In this document: positions 10,165 through 20,820 of the stretch, one piece after another
Position numbering within the stretch: the stretch's first letter is position 1
Layout: the number at the start of each line of letters is the position of its first letter
DNA from: Cenarchaeum sp.
GTDB lineage: Archaea; Thermoproteota; Nitrososphaeria; Nitrososphaerales; Nitrosopumilaceae
DNA length: 64,000 bases
Direction: 5' to 3'
Assembly (NCBI GenBank): GCA_963693095.2
Contig: OY843768.1
Span: 640,001 to 704,000 of the forward strand
Position numbers and translations under genes: made by a program
The notes under the pieces: model-generated
Told to the model about the DNA's origin: nothing
Databases searched by the model: none
Seen by the model: only the letters and a program-made list of their open reading frames with translations

Positions 10165-12332
10165 CCGGACTCTCGGGCCAGGAGATGGCCACGCTGCGGC
10201 AGAGGATTGGGCGCGAGCCTAGCGTGACTGAGGCGAGCATTGTGGCGGCCGAATGGTCAGAGCACTGCTCGTACAAGTCCTCAAAGAACCACCTCTCGAT
10301 GCTTCCGCGCGAGGGTCCACACGCGCTAGCTGATGCGACATACGACTCGGGCGTGCTAGATGTCGGCGACGGGTATGTCGTGACGGTTCACATAGAGAGC
10401 CACAACCACCCGTCAGCCGTGGAGCCGTACGGCGGTGCTGCCACCGGCGTCGGCGGCGTCATACGCGACATACTCTCGGCCGGAACGCGGCCAATCGCGC
10501 TGCTAGACGGGCTGCGCTTTGGCGACATTGGGTCAGACGCGCACGCAAGATGGCTCTTTCGCGGGGCAGTATCGGGCATTGCCGACTATGGCAACTGCAT
10601 CGGCGTCCCGACTGTCGGCGGCGAGGTTGGCTTTGGCGCATGCTATGCCGGATATGCGATCGTCGACGTTGCCGCCGTTGGCTTTGGAAGGCGCGATCGG
10701 CTGATCAAAAACCACGCAGTGCAGGGTGATGCCGTCATGCTAGTCGGCGGCGCGACGGGACGTGATGGAATCGGCGGCTCGCAGTTTGCCTCTGACGCAC
10801 TAGATGGGGAGGATCGCTCGGCGGTCCAGATACCTGACCCGTTCATGGAAAAGCTCGTCATAGAGGCGACGCTTGAGGCGCGTGATGCCGGAATCATCCA
10901 CGCGCTAAAGGATCTCGGTGGCGGCGGACTCTCGTGCGCCACGTCTGAGACTGCCGACTCGCTTGGGGTGGGAATCTCGATCGACGCCAGCAGTGTCCAC
11001 GTGCGCGAGGCCGGACTAGGCGCGCACGAGATAATGACATCCGAGTCGCAGGAGAGGATGATGGTCATAGTCGCGCCAGGCTCCGTGGGGAGGCTAGGCG
11101 AGATATGCGCAAAGTACGGCGTTCCGTGCTCGCAGATTGGGACGGTGAGCAGCGGCGGCGAGCTGCGCGTTGCCCACGAGGGCTCTGAGATTGCGCGCCT
11201 TCCGGCCTCCTTTGTGGCCAACGCGCCACGGCTGGACCGTGAGGCCAGCAAGCCGCCGTACATTGAAGAGCTCGCCGGCCTGCGGGCGCCAGACGCCGGC
11301 GGCGAGCGCGAGCTCTCAGCCGCACTCCTCTCGCTTTTATCCTCGCCGAATATCGCCTCGCGCGAGTGGGTCTATGGCCAGTATGACCACGAGGTCGGCA
11401 TCCGAACCGTGGTGAGGCCTGGCGGGGATGCGGCCCTCCTGCGCCTTGACAACGGCAAGTACCTCTCGATAACGATCGACGGCAACCCCGCCCACTGCTA
11501 TGCGAGCCCGCGCGACGGGGCGACGGGGTGCTTTGAGGAGGCGTGCCGCAACACTGCGTGCGTTGGGGCAAGGCCCATAGGGATGGTTGACCACCTGCAG
11601 TTTGGCAATCCGGAGGATCCCTGCGTGTTCTGGACGTTCCTCGAGTCGCTGCGCGGGATATCAGGACATGCGCGGGACATGGGAATACCGTGCGTTGGGG
11701 GCAAGGTGAGCTTTTACAACGAGACGGCATCCGGCCCAATATGGCCAACGCCGGTAATCGGCGTCGTGGGCCTCGCCGAGCGCATGCCGCCTGCGCGCGG
11801 TGCGGCGGAGGGAGACGCGCTAGTTGCGATCGGACTCACGCGCGATGAGCTTGGCGCCTCCGAGTATGGCCTGCGCGTTCACGGGACGCTTGCGGGCAGC
11901 GTTGCGCGAGTTGACGCCGGCGAGTCGCGCGCCGCAATGGATGCCGTCCTTGCGCTCCACTCTGCGGGCCTGGTCCATGCCGCACACGACTGCTCGCGCG
12001 GGGGCCTTGCGGTGTGCGTTGCCGAGATGTGCATAATGGCCGGCGCAGGCGCTGACGTCTCACTCGATCGCCTGCCTGGTGGTGACGCGATTGGCGACTG
12101 TGCGGCCCTGTACTCGGAGAGCCACTCGAGGTATGTCGTGGCAGTCGATGCAGCAGACGTGCAGCGCACACTTGATGTCGCCTCGTCTGGTGGCGCCGCA
12201 TGTGCGCACGTCGGCTCACTTGGCGGGACGGCCGTTCGCTTTTCACGCCGCGCCTCGACGGCCGCAACAGCCAGTCTCGACGAGGCGGCTAGGGCGTGGA
12301 GGACATCGCTGGAGGTGGCAGCCAATGGTTAA
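10161..12332 (+). CDS. purL: FGAM synthase subunit PurL
   Basis: WSEHCSYKSS, ESHNHPS, GAATGVGG, DLGGGG, SESQERM. Confidence 0.97.
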   Translation: MTGLSGQEMATLRQRIGREPSVTEASIVAAEWSEHCSYKSSKNHLSMLPREGPHALADATYDSGVLDVGDGYVVTVHIESHNHPSAVEPYGGAATGVGGVIRDILSAGTRPIALLDGLRFGDIGSDAHARWLFRGAVSGIADYGNCIGVPTVGGEVGFGACYAGYAIVDVAAVGFGRRDRLIKNHAVQGDAVMLVGGATGRDGIGGSQFASDALDGEDRSAVQIPDPFMEKLVIEATLEARDAGIIHALKDLGGGGLSCATSETADSLGVGISIDASSVHVREAGLGAHEIMTSESQERMMVIVAPGSVGRLGEICAKYGVPCSQIGTVSSGGELRVAHEGSEIARLPASFVANAPRLDREASKPPYIEELAGLRAPDAGGERELSAALLSLLSSPNIASREWVYGQYDHEVGIRTVVRPGGDAALLRLDNGKYLSITIDGNPAHCYASPRDGATGCFEEACRNTACVGARPIGMVDHLQFGNPEDPCVFWTFLESLRGISGHARDMGIPCVGGKVSFYNETASGPIWPTPVIGVVGLAERMPPARGAAEGDALVAIGLTRDELGASEYGLRVHGTLAGSVARVDAGESRAAMDAVLALHSAGLVHAAHDCSRGGLAVCVAEMCIMAGAGADVSLDRLPGGDAIGDCAALYSESHSRYVVAVDAADVQRTLDVASSGGAACAHVGSLGGTAVRFSRRASTAATASLDEAARAWRTSLEVAANG

Positions 12333-13761
12333 GGAGAACTGTGGCGTTGTGGGGATATTCGCGCGCGGCGAGGACGACAATGTCGTGCCCATGGCCATAG
12401 ACGCGCTGCGTGCCCTGCAGCACAGGGGACAAGAGGCCTGGGGGATCGCAGTCCCCGGCAAGGCGCCCGTGAAGCGCCTTGGGCTAGTCTCTGCTGCGGC
12501 CGGCGAGTTCGCCGAGATATCCGAGCAGTTCGCCTCGCGCGCAGCCATTGGGCACGTGCGCTACTCGACAGTCGGGCGCAGCAGCCTGGAGAACGCGCAG
12601 CCGCTAAAGGTCGCCGACCTGTGCGTCGCGCACAATGGGACCATATCAAACGCCTCCGAGATGTCCGGCATGGTTGGGGGCTGCACGTTCACGCCGCAGA
12701 CGTCAAGTGACACGCTCGTCGTCGCACAGCGACTCGTCTCGCTAATGTCCGAAAAGTCAGGCCTTGGGCGAGCCCTCTCTGTCCTAAAGGACGAGATGGT
12801 CGGCTCGTACTGCTTTACGTTCCTTGCCGGCGATGACTCGGTGTACGCGGCGCGTGACCCGCGAGGATTTAGGCCGATGGTCATGGGGTCAAAGGATGAC
12901 GGCAGGGTGCGCATGGTCGCCTCCGAGTCAGCAGCGCTTGCGGCGATCGGCGCGTCCCTCGAGCGCGACGTGAGGCCCGGTGAGCTCGTGCACCTGGGTC
13001 CGCAGGGCCTAGAGTCCGAGATGTTCTCCACAGAGATAAAGAGCGCGCACTGCTCATTTGAGTTCACCTACTTTGCGCACCCGTCTAGCACCATGGAGGG
13101 CAAGAGCGTCTATCTTGCGCGCAAGAGCATCGGGGCACACCTCGCAAAAAAGTTCCCGCTCCGAGACGCGGACCTCGTCATACCGGTGCCCGACTCGGCT
13201 AGGCCCGCGGCGCTCGGGTACGCCCAAGAGCTCGGCATCTCCTTTGACGAGGGCCTCATAAAGGACCGCTATAGCAAAAAGGGCCCACTGCGCAGCTTTA
13301 TCGAGCCGCACCAGGACGACAGGATTGAGATAAACCGCTGGATAATCCCGATAAGGCAGATAGTCGAGGGCCGGCACGTCATAGTGATCGATGACAGCCT
13401 TGTTCGCGGGACGAGCTCGCGCGCCATCGTCGGTGCGCTTCGTGACGCCGGTGCGCGCAAAATCAGCATGCTCATCACATATCCGCCGATCATGCACCCG
13501 TGCTATGCGGGAATAGACTTTCCCTCAAGTGCCGAGCTTGCCGCGCACTCGGACGGCCCTGACCAGTCACTAGAGGCCGTGACCGAGAGGGTCAGGCGTG
13601 ACATTGGGGCCGACTTTTTGGGGTACAATGACGCAGAAAACCTCGCGCGCGCCGTGGGGATCGACACGTCATCAATGTGCTTTACGTGCCACACGGGCGA
13701 CTATGGGCCGCTTGGCGTCACGCCCGAGTTCAAGTCGCGCGAGGACCTAAAGGGCGAATAG
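12325..13761 (+). CDS. purF: Amidophosphoribosyltransferase
   Basis: ENCGVVG, LQHRGQE, GHVRYST, HNG, PVPDS, DDSLVRGT. Confidence 0.97.
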   Translation: MVKENCGVVGIFARGEDDNVVPMAIDALRALQHRGQEAWGIAVPGKAPVKRLGLVSAAAGEFAEISEQFASRAAIGHVRYSTVGRSSLENAQPLKVADLCVAHNGTISNASEMSGMVGGCTFTPQTSSDTLVVAQRLVSLMSEKSGLGRALSVLKDEMVGSYCFTFLAGDDSVYAARDPRGFRPMVMGSKDDGRVRMVASESAALAAIGASLERDVRPGELVHLGPQGLESEMFSTEIKSAHCSFEFTYFAHPSSTMEGKSVYLARKSIGAHLAKKFPLRDADLVIPVPDSARPAALGYAQELGISFDEGLIKDRYSKKGPLRSFIEPHQDDRIEINRWIIPIRQIVEGRHVIVIDDSLVRGTSSRAIVGALRDAGARKISMLITYPPIMHPCYAGIDFPSSAELAAHSDGPDQSLEAVTERVRRDIGADFLGYNDAENLARAVGIDTSSMCFTCHTGDYGPLGVTPEFKSREDLKGE

Positions 13762-13769
13762 CGCGCGCC

Positions 13770-14798
13770 TTAGGTCGTCACGTCATTTAGGCGTGATGAC
13801 GAGTCCGCAAGTCTGATCTCGCGCGCTATGCGCCTCCCCATGCTCATCGGCTCGTCATACAGGAGCGCCGTGTACGGCGAGCCGTTCATGTAGATGTTGG
13901 TCCCGGCCACAATCCTCGCCGAGAACTCAAACGCGGTGAACTTTGCCTCCGCATCATACACGCCCTCGATGCAGAACGGCCCGTTCATGCCGGGCTCGAC
14001 TAGGCGCGCTGACGCCTCCACAAACGACTCGCCCATCTCGTACACTCGCGGGAGGAGCGATTCGCGCAGGACCATTGCACTGTTGGCAATTACGTTAAAC
14101 GAGGGCGTCATCGTCGATGACATCTGTGCGCTGGCCGGAATGCGCGCAAGCCCGTCAATGTCTGACTCGTGCCTCGAGTCCACGCCAAAGAACTCGAGCT
14201 TTTTAGTTAGTGGAGAGTAAAAGTATTGCAGGTATGCGAGGACGCCGGGAATGTACTCTTGAATGTATAGCTCCTCGTCCTTCCCGATCACTCCGGCCTT
14301 TACGAGCTGGCTGCGTTTTTGCTCATAGTCCTGCGGACTCGACGAGATAAAGTATCCCTTGCCGCCTGCCGCACCATGCCTCTTTGCTATGGTCATGCGG
14401 TCAATGTCGCGCGCGTCATCCACTGCGTGCGGTGTCGGCAGCTTTGCCTCGCGCATCAGCTCCTCCTTGAGGCTGCGGTCTGACTCCCACTTTAGGATGT
14501 GGCGGTTGCCGAATATGGGCGCGCGTATGGACTCGATCTCATCCTGTGCCATCTGCGCGACGAGCGTGCCGTGGGGAACCAGGACCGCTTCGCTGGACTT
14601 TAGTGCCGAGGCCGCCGGGCCGTCGCCCAGTATGTCAGAGAACGAGTCGACTGCGATGATCTCGTCAATGAACGAAAAGCGCCGGTAGAGTGACTCGCGT
14701 GACCTCTCGCAGACGAGCACTGAGCGCAGCCCCTCGTCTCGCGCCCCCTTTAGAACCTGGAGCGCACAGTGGGATCCGAGCGTCGCAACTGCGGCCAA
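13770..14798 (-). CDS. purP: PurP-family ATP-grasp ligase (formate-dependent AICAR formyltransferase)
   Basis: TLGSHCALQ, GGKGYF, LRESLL, GPFCIE, EFSARIVAGTN. Confidence 0.94.
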   Translation of the reverse strand: MAAVATLGSHCALQVLKGARDEGLRSVLVCERSRESLYRRFSFIDEIIAVDSFSDILGDGPAASALKSSEAVLVPHGTLVAQMAQDEIESIRAPIFGNRHILKWESDRSLKEELMREAKLPTPHAVDDARDIDRMTIAKRHGAAGGKGYFISSSPQDYEQKRSQLVKAGVIGKDEELYIQEYIPGVLAYLQYFYSPLTKKLEFFGVDSRHESDIDGLARIPASAQMSSTMTPSFNVIANSAMVLRESLLPRVYEMGESFVEASARLVEPGMNGPFCIEGVYDAEAKFTAFEFSARIVAGTNIYMNGSPYTALLYDEPMSMGRRIAREIRLADSSSRLNDVTT

Positions 14799-15018
14799 CG
14801 CGCGTTGCGCGCCCCATGTTCATTTATGAACCATGGGCTGTGCGGCTCGCCTGCTGCCGTTCCCGAGACGCGTGGGCGGGGGGCACGCGCTGGACATGGG
14901 GACAGGTGCCCACATGCCTGCCCTGGCGCCCAGGGCGCCTGCGCCATGAGGCTCCCATGGAGCCTCCTGCCGTGCGTGGGCATGAAAAATTAATTACGGT
15001 CGCCCTGCGGGGCTCGCC

Positions 15019-16320
15019 ATGCCAGCTGACACCCTCGGCAAGGAGAGGCGCACGCACTATTCGTCGGATCTCCGGCCCGATATGGCCGGCACGCAGGTGA
15101 CGCTCATGGGGTGGGTCCTGGCCGTGAGGGCACATGGCGCGATATCGTTCCTGACGGTTCGCGACAAGCACGGCAGCGCCCAGGTGGTCGCAAAGTCCGG
15201 AGAGTGCGCAGACGATGTGCGCGAGACCATCTCGTCGCTAAAGCCGCACTCTGTGGTCGGCATAACGGGCACGCTAAAGGAGTCGCCAAAGGCGCCTTCC
15301 GGAGTCGAGCTTGTCCCCGGCGAGATTCGCGTGTATTCGCGGGTTGAAAAGACCGCACCATTTGACCCGATGGCCAAGACGGTAAAGAACATTGACACGC
15401 GCCTGGAGATTCGTGCCGTCGACCTTCGCCGTGGCGTGCTCCAGGATATTTTTAACGCGCGGAGCGCCGCGCTGGGCGCAGTCCGCAAGTATCTCACGGG
15501 AGAGGACTTTGTGGAGGTGAGCACACCAAAGCTCATCAGCACGGCAACGGAAGGCGGCGCGTCGCTGTTCTCGATATTCTACTATCACACGCGCGCGTTT
15601 CTTGCCCAGAGCCCGCAGCTTTACAAGGAACAGCTCACCATGGCGTTTGAAAAGGTGTTTGAGATTGCGCCGATATTCCGCGCAGAGGCATCGCGCACCC
15701 CGCGCCACCTGTCTGAGGCCATATCGATGGATATCGAGGAGGCGTTTGCAGACCAGGACGACATCATGGACAGAGTCGAGCAAATTGTGCGCAGTGCGGC
15801 CACTGCAGTCTCGTCGTATCGCGGAATCGAGGGCGCGATCAGCGTGCCTGACATTCCAGGCACGATTCCGCGCTACACGTACACGGAGATGGTCGAAAAG
15901 CTGCAGGCCGCCGGTGCGCGCACAAAGTGGGGCGAGGACCTCTATCCGGTCGAGCTTCGCAAGGCGGGCATGGAGGGGTTTTACTTTGTGCGTGACTGGC
16001 CACTGGGTCCCAAGCCGTTCTATGTCAAGGCGAGCAGCGACGGCAAGACATCAGAGTCATTTGACCTCATGTTCGGGGATCTCGAGGTCTCCTCGGGCAG
16101 CACGAGGATATCCGAGAGGGCAGAGCTTGAGGCGCGCATGTCGGCCAAGGGCATGGACACGCGCGCATTCGAGTATCACCTGCGCGTCTTTGACTATGGC
16201 ATGCCCCCTCATGCGGGGTGCGGAATTGGCCTCGAGAGGCTAATCATGGCGCTCACCGGAACTCCTGACATAAAGGACGCGACGTTCTACCCGCGCGACG
16301 TGGACAGGCTAACGCCATAG
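15019..16320 (+). CDS. aspS: Non-discriminating aspartate--tRNA ligase
   Basis: OB fold, ATEGGA, LAQSPQLYK, FRAE, GMPPHAG.GIGLER; directly upstream of gatCAB. Confidence 0.96.
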   Translation: MPADTLGKERRTHYSSDLRPDMAGTQVTLMGWVLAVRAHGAISFLTVRDKHGSAQVVAKSGECADDVRETISSLKPHSVVGITGTLKESPKAPSGVELVPGEIRVYSRVEKTAPFDPMAKTVKNIDTRLEIRAVDLRRGVLQDIFNARSAALGAVRKYLTGEDFVEVSTPKLISTATEGGASLFSIFYYHTRAFLAQSPQLYKEQLTMAFEKVFEIAPIFRAEASRTPRHLSEAISMDIEEAFADQDDIMDRVEQIVRSAATAVSSYRGIEGAISVPDIPGTIPRYTYTEMVEKLQAAGARTKWGEDLYPVELRKAGMEGFYFVRDWPLGPKPFYVKASSDGKTSESFDLMFGDLEVSSGSTRISERAELEARMSAKGMDTRAFEYHLRVFDYGMPPHAGCGIGLERLIMALTGTPDIKDATFYPRDVDRLTP

Positions 16321-16329
16321 GTGTGGGAG

Positions 16330-16602
16330 ATGGCCGAGATCACCGAGTCTGAAATTGTGCGCGTGGCGGCCCTCATGAAGATAGATGCCGGCGATGCGGC
16401 CTCGCACGTCCCAAAGATCCAAAAGATGATCGGGTACTTTGAGAGCCTTGACTCGGCCGACATGGGCGATGACGCGCCCAGGGCGCACGTCATCCCGCTT
16501 GACGCCCTTCGTGAGGACAGGCGCGTCGAGTGCCCCGAGGGGCTCATGGGACACCTAAAGGGGGAGGCCGGCGAGCACATTCGTTCGCCAGACCTGAAAT
16601 GA
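16330..16602 (+). CDS. gatC: Asp/Glu-tRNA amidotransferase subunit C
   Basis: VAALMKI and LRED motifs; position in operon. Confidence 0.85.
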   Translation: MAEITESEIVRVAALMKIDAGDAASHVPKIQKMIGYFESLDSADMGDDAPRAHVIPLDALREDRRVECPEGLMGHLKGEAGEHIRSPDLK

Positions 16603-18056
16603 CTGCGAGGCTGGCCATTGGACTGGCCGAGTATGCCCAGGGCGTGCGGGCCGGCGAGATATCGTGCGAGGAGCACATGGCCGCGACGCTTGAGCGCATT
16701 GAGTCACACGATGCGCTGCTCCACGCGTATGTGTCACTCGATCCGTCTGCCCTTGAGGCGGCCTCGCGCGTGGACAGGGACGTGCGCGCCGGAAGGGACG
16801 TCGGGGCGCTCGCCGGCGCACCCGTTGCCATAAAGGACAACATATGCACGGCCAGTGGGCGCACGACATGCTGCTCATGGATGCTCGAGGGATACAGCTC
16901 GCCGTACGAGGCCACAGTCGTCTCGCGCCTTCGCGGGGCCGGCGGCATCGTCGTGGGCAAGACAAACATGGACGAGTTTGCCATGGGAATCACCACAGAG
17001 TTTGGGGCCTTTGGGCCGAGCCGAAACCCGTGGGACACGGATCGCGTTCCGGGCGGCTCATCGGGGGGAAGCGCCGTGGCCGTGAGCGCACTGGAGTGCA
17101 TGGTTGCGCTCGGCTCTGACACCGGCGGCTCTGTAAGGAATCCCGCAAGCTTTTGCTCCATCGTGGGCTTCAAGCCGACGTACGGGCGCATAAGCCGCCA
17201 TGGGCTAGTCTCGTACGCCAACAGCATAGAGCAGGTCGGCCCCATGGCCCGAAGCGTGCGCGATGTCGCCATGGTGATGAACGCGATATCCGGCATTGAC
17301 GCAATGGATGACACGACACGCAAGACAGGGGACCCCGGAGACCACCTTGCGCACCTTGATGCCGGCGTCGAGGGCATGGCAGTCGGAATTGACACGAGGG
17401 CCGTGGACGAGTCGACTGACGTGGGCCGTGCGGCGCGCCGTGCAGCCGACGAGCTCGAGTCCCTTGGCGCAAGAATGGTCGACGTTCGCCTAGAGCACGA
17501 GAGCCTGTCAGTTGCGGCGTACTATGTGATCACTGCAGCCGAGGCGGGCAGCAACCTTGCGCGTTATGACAACATTCGCTACGGGTACGACATGCCAGTG
17601 GAGGGCTATGAGCATGGCGCGTATGTCACGCGCGCCCGCTCGCGCCTCGGGCCGGAAGTCGAGAGGCGCATGATACTGGGCGGGTTTGTCCCGTCAGCAG
17701 GCCACGCCGGCAAGTACTACCTAAAGGCGATGCGCGCGCGCGACACGCTAGTCGCAGAGGCCGACTCGTCATTCTCCTCGCTTGGAATCTCGTGCATGCT
17801 CTCGCCCACTGTCCCGGTTCCGCCGTTTCGACTGGGTGAAAAGATCGACGACCCCGTCGAGCTCTTTAGGATGGACTCAAACACGGTCATGGCAAACCTG
17901 ACTGGCAGGCCGGCGATATCGGTTCCCTTTGCCATGTGTGACGGGCTTCCGGTGGGGATGCAGCTGGTCGGCAGCATGGGCAATGACGCCGAGCTCTTGG
18001 GGATCGCCAACGCGCTGCACGGGCGCTCTGAGGTCGTGGGGGCGCCAATCCCATGA
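16599..18056 (+). CDS. gatA: Asp/Glu-tRNA amidotransferase subunit A
   Basis: IKDNI, GKTNMDEFAMG, PGGSSGGS, GSDTGGSVR. Confidence 0.97.
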   Translation: MTARLAIGLAEYAQGVRAGEISCEEHMAATLERIESHDALLHAYVSLDPSALEAASRVDRDVRAGRDVGALAGAPVAIKDNICTASGRTTCCSWMLEGYSSPYEATVVSRLRGAGGIVVGKTNMDEFAMGITTEFGAFGPSRNPWDTDRVPGGSSGGSAVAVSALECMVALGSDTGGSVRNPASFCSIVGFKPTYGRISRHGLVSYANSIEQVGPMARSVRDVAMVMNAISGIDAMDDTTRKTGDPGDHLAHLDAGVEGMAVGIDTRAVDESTDVGRAARRAADELESLGARMVDVRLEHESLSVAAYYVITAAEAGSNLARYDNIRYGYDMPVEGYEHGAYVTRARSRLGPEVERRMILGGFVPSAGHAGKYYLKAMRARDTLVAEADSSFSSLGISCMLSPTVPVPPFRLGEKIDDPVELFRMDSNTVMANLTGRPAISVPFAMCDGLPVGMQLVGSMGNDAELLGIANALHGRSEVVGAPIP

Positions 18057-19462
18057 TTGCCAAGATCGGCCTCGAGATACACTGCCAGCTGACCACGCTG
18101 GAGAGCAAGCTCTTTTGCGGCTGCAGGGCAGACTATCGCAAGATGGCCCCGAACACAAACGTGTGCGCGACGTGCATGGGCCTGCCCGGCACGCTGCCGC
18201 GCCTGAACGGCGAGGCCGTGAGGAGGGCCATGGCCATAGCCGTCTCGCTTGGATGCCGCGTGCCTGACACGCTGTCGTTCTTTCGCAAGAACTACTTTTA
18301 CCCCGACCTGCCAAAGAACTACCAGATAACGCAGCTCGACATACATGGGCCGGCAAGCGTGGGTCACGGCGGCTCGGTGGGCGTCGGATCGCGCACGGTC
18401 ACGATAACTCGCGTGCAGCTAGAGGAGGATCCCGGCAGGATCGTCTACAGTGGGGCCTCAGAGAGGACACAGTCCACGCTAGTCGACTATAACAGGGCCG
18501 GCACTCCACTAGTGGAGATTGTGACAGGTCCAGACCTGCAGAGTGCCCGCGAGGTTCGCGCATTTGTGAACCTGCTCCATGACATGCTCGAAAACCTTGG
18601 GGTGTCTGATGTCTCCCTTGATGGCGCAATGCGCGCGGACGCAAACGTGTCAATAGAGGGGGGCAACAAGGTGGAGATAAAGAATGTCAGCTCGTTCCAT
18701 GACCTCGAGCGCGCCGTCGAGTACGAGATAGCGCGCCAGACCGGAAATGTCGAGCACGGCCTTGAGACACGGCAAGAGACGCGCCAATGGGACGAGCGAA
18801 GGCGCACAACGGTGGCCGCGCGCTCAAAGGAGGCAGACCAGGACTATCGGTATCTCGCCGAGCATGACATACCGTCCATAGACGTCAGTGGCGCAGTTGA
18901 GGAGGTTCGCTCGTCACTGCCTGAGAGCATTGCGTCTAGGAGGCGCAGGTACGCCACAGAGTACGGAATGCAGGCGCAGGTGGCCGAGGTTCTCGCCTCA
19001 CAGCCATACTTTGCGCGCCTGTTCGATGACGCAAGGACGCCGGAGAACTTGCGCGAGCTGGCAAACATCGTGACGACAGACCTCATGGGCCTCCTCGAGA
19101 CGCGCGAAAAGCAGGCCGCCTCGAGGCTCACGCCTGCCGGCCTTGGGGCGCTGGCGCTTGCCATATCGCGCAAGGAGATAACGCGAACCTCGGCAAAGAC
19201 TGCGCTCCAGTCCATGGTTAGCACCGGCGCCACGCTAGGGGAGACTGTCGGCGCCCTTGGCCTTGGCGCAGTCGATGATGCAGGCGAGATTGAGCGTGCG
19301 GTCATCGAGGTGATGGACTCAGAACCCGGTGCCGTGGCCGATGCGCGCAAGTCGCCCAATGCCATCAACTATGTCATGGGCCTCGTCATGAAGAGGTGCG
19401 GCGGCAGGGCGGATCCGGCCGCCGTCAGGGCGCTCATAGAGGCGCGCCTGCGCGACGCCTGA
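18053..19462 (+). CDS. gatB: Asp/Glu-tRNA amidotransferase subunit B
   Basis: IGLEIHCQL, RKNYFYPDLPK, DYNRAGTPLVEIV, VEIKN. Confidence 0.97.
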   Translation: MIAKIGLEIHCQLTTLESKLFCGCRADYRKMAPNTNVCATCMGLPGTLPRLNGEAVRRAMAIAVSLGCRVPDTLSFFRKNYFYPDLPKNYQITQLDIHGPASVGHGGSVGVGSRTVTITRVQLEEDPGRIVYSGASERTQSTLVDYNRAGTPLVEIVTGPDLQSAREVRAFVNLLHDMLENLGVSDVSLDGAMRADANVSIEGGNKVEIKNVSSFHDLERAVEYEIARQTGNVEHGLETRQETRQWDERRRTTVAARSKEADQDYRYLAEHDIPSIDVSGAVEEVRSSLPESIASRRRRYATEYGMQAQVAEVLASQPYFARLFDDARTPENLRELANIVTTDLMGLLETREKQAASRLTPAGLGALALAISRKEITRTSAKTALQSMVSTGATLGETVGALGLGAVDDAGEIERAVIEVMDSEPGAVADARKSPNAINYVMGLVMKRCGGRADPAAVRALIEARLRDA

Positions 19463-19530
19463 GCGCACGCGAATGGCCATGCCGCGCCGCTTGATGTGGG
19501 TTAATTAAAGAGGGGCACGGCGAATGCGCA

Positions 19531-20820
19531 TTGAGCGCCGTGATGCCCGCAATCGCCGGAGCAGTCTGCCTTGCGGCCGGACTCGCCATAGGGCTTTGGG
19601 CCGCGGGTCTCTCTTTTGTTGACACGGCGGCCCCCGCAGACGGCATGGGTGCCGCCGACGAGGGCCTCTCGGGCACAGTCGAGATTGGCTTTCTCCTCCC
19701 GCTGACGGGCGGGCAGTCCACGCACGGCGAGGAGAATGCGGCCGGTGCCATGCTTGCGATCGAAGACCTCAACGACTACCTCACCGAGGTGGGCGCTAAC
19801 TGGCAGGCACGTGGCGTTGTAGAGGACACTGCGACTAGCCCCGTCGTTGCCACCGAAAAGCTGACCACGCTCAACGCGCGCGGGATAGAGATCATAGTCG
19901 GCCCGCAGACAAGCGGCGAGGTTCGCGCGGCAAAGGGATATGCCGACTCTAATGGAATGCTGCTCTTTAGCCACGCGTCGACTGCGCCGTCACTTGCAAT
20001 CCCAAATGACAGCGTGTACCGCATGATCGTCGATGACACAAAGCAGGGACCGGCCATCGCAGCCCTCGCAAAGCGCTCTGGGGCAGATGTCCTGATACCG
20101 GTCTGGAGAGGCGACACATGGGGTGATGGCCTCGTCGAGTCCGCGTCTGCATCGTTTGTGTCGCGAGGCGGCACAGTCGATGAGGGCATACGCTACAACC
20201 CGGAATCAGTAGAGTTCTCGGCCACGGTGTCGATTCTCGCCGAAAGGGTTGCGGCCCATGTGGAAAGCTCTGGCACCGATAACGTGATCGTCCTCCTGGT
20301 GGCGTTTGCCGAGGCTCTCCCAATAATGCAGACTGCAGCCATTCATGACATGCTTGATGACGTGCGCTGGATTGGCAGTGACGGAAGCGCACTCGAGCAC
20401 AAGATCACGACAGACCCAGTGGCCTCGGCGTTCTCTGACTCTGTCGAGTTTACGACTGTCCAGATATCGGCATCGCACAACGAGATATACGAGAGTGTGC
20501 GCACGCGGCTTGCCGAGCAGTTTGCCGGACGCGACGTGAACGGGTATGCGTACACGGCATATGATGCGACATGGGTCATGGGCCTCTCGGTCCTGCATGC
20601 CGGCTCGTCTGATGCGCAGCTCGTCGAGCGCGCCATCCCGACTGTCGCCGCAAGCCACTTTGGCGCCATAGGCAACACACGGCTCAATGACGCCGGTGAC
20701 CTGGCCGGCGCCAACTATGACCTCTGGGCCACCGTTGGGGGCGAGTGGGTGAACACTGGAATGTACATGCTGTCAACGGACACCATCATGCCTGTCACCG
20801 GCATGGCGGAGGGATCATGA
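19531..20820 (+). CDS. Branched-chain amino acid ABC substrate-binding protein 1 (LivK-like)
   Basis: N-terminal anchor, IGFLLPLTG, EDT, STAPSL, YDA, DAGD. Confidence 0.9.
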   Translation: MSAVMPAIAGAVCLAAGLAIGLWAAGLSFVDTAAPADGMGAADEGLSGTVEIGFLLPLTGGQSTHGEENAAGAMLAIEDLNDYLTEVGANWQARGVVEDTATSPVVATEKLTTLNARGIEIIVGPQTSGEVRAAKGYADSNGMLLFSHASTAPSLAIPNDSVYRMIVDDTKQGPAIAALAKRSGADVLIPVWRGDTWGDGLVESASASFVSRGGTVDEGIRYNPESVEFSATVSILAERVAAHVESSGTDNVIVLLVAFAEALPIMQTAAIHDMLDDVRWIGSDGSALEHKITTDPVASAFSDSVEFTTVQISASHNEIYESVRTRLAEQFAGRDVNGYAYTAYDATWVMGLSVLHAGSSDAQLVERAIPTVAASHFGAIGNTRLNDAGDLAGANYDLWATVGGEWVNTGMYMLSTDTIMPVTGMAEGS

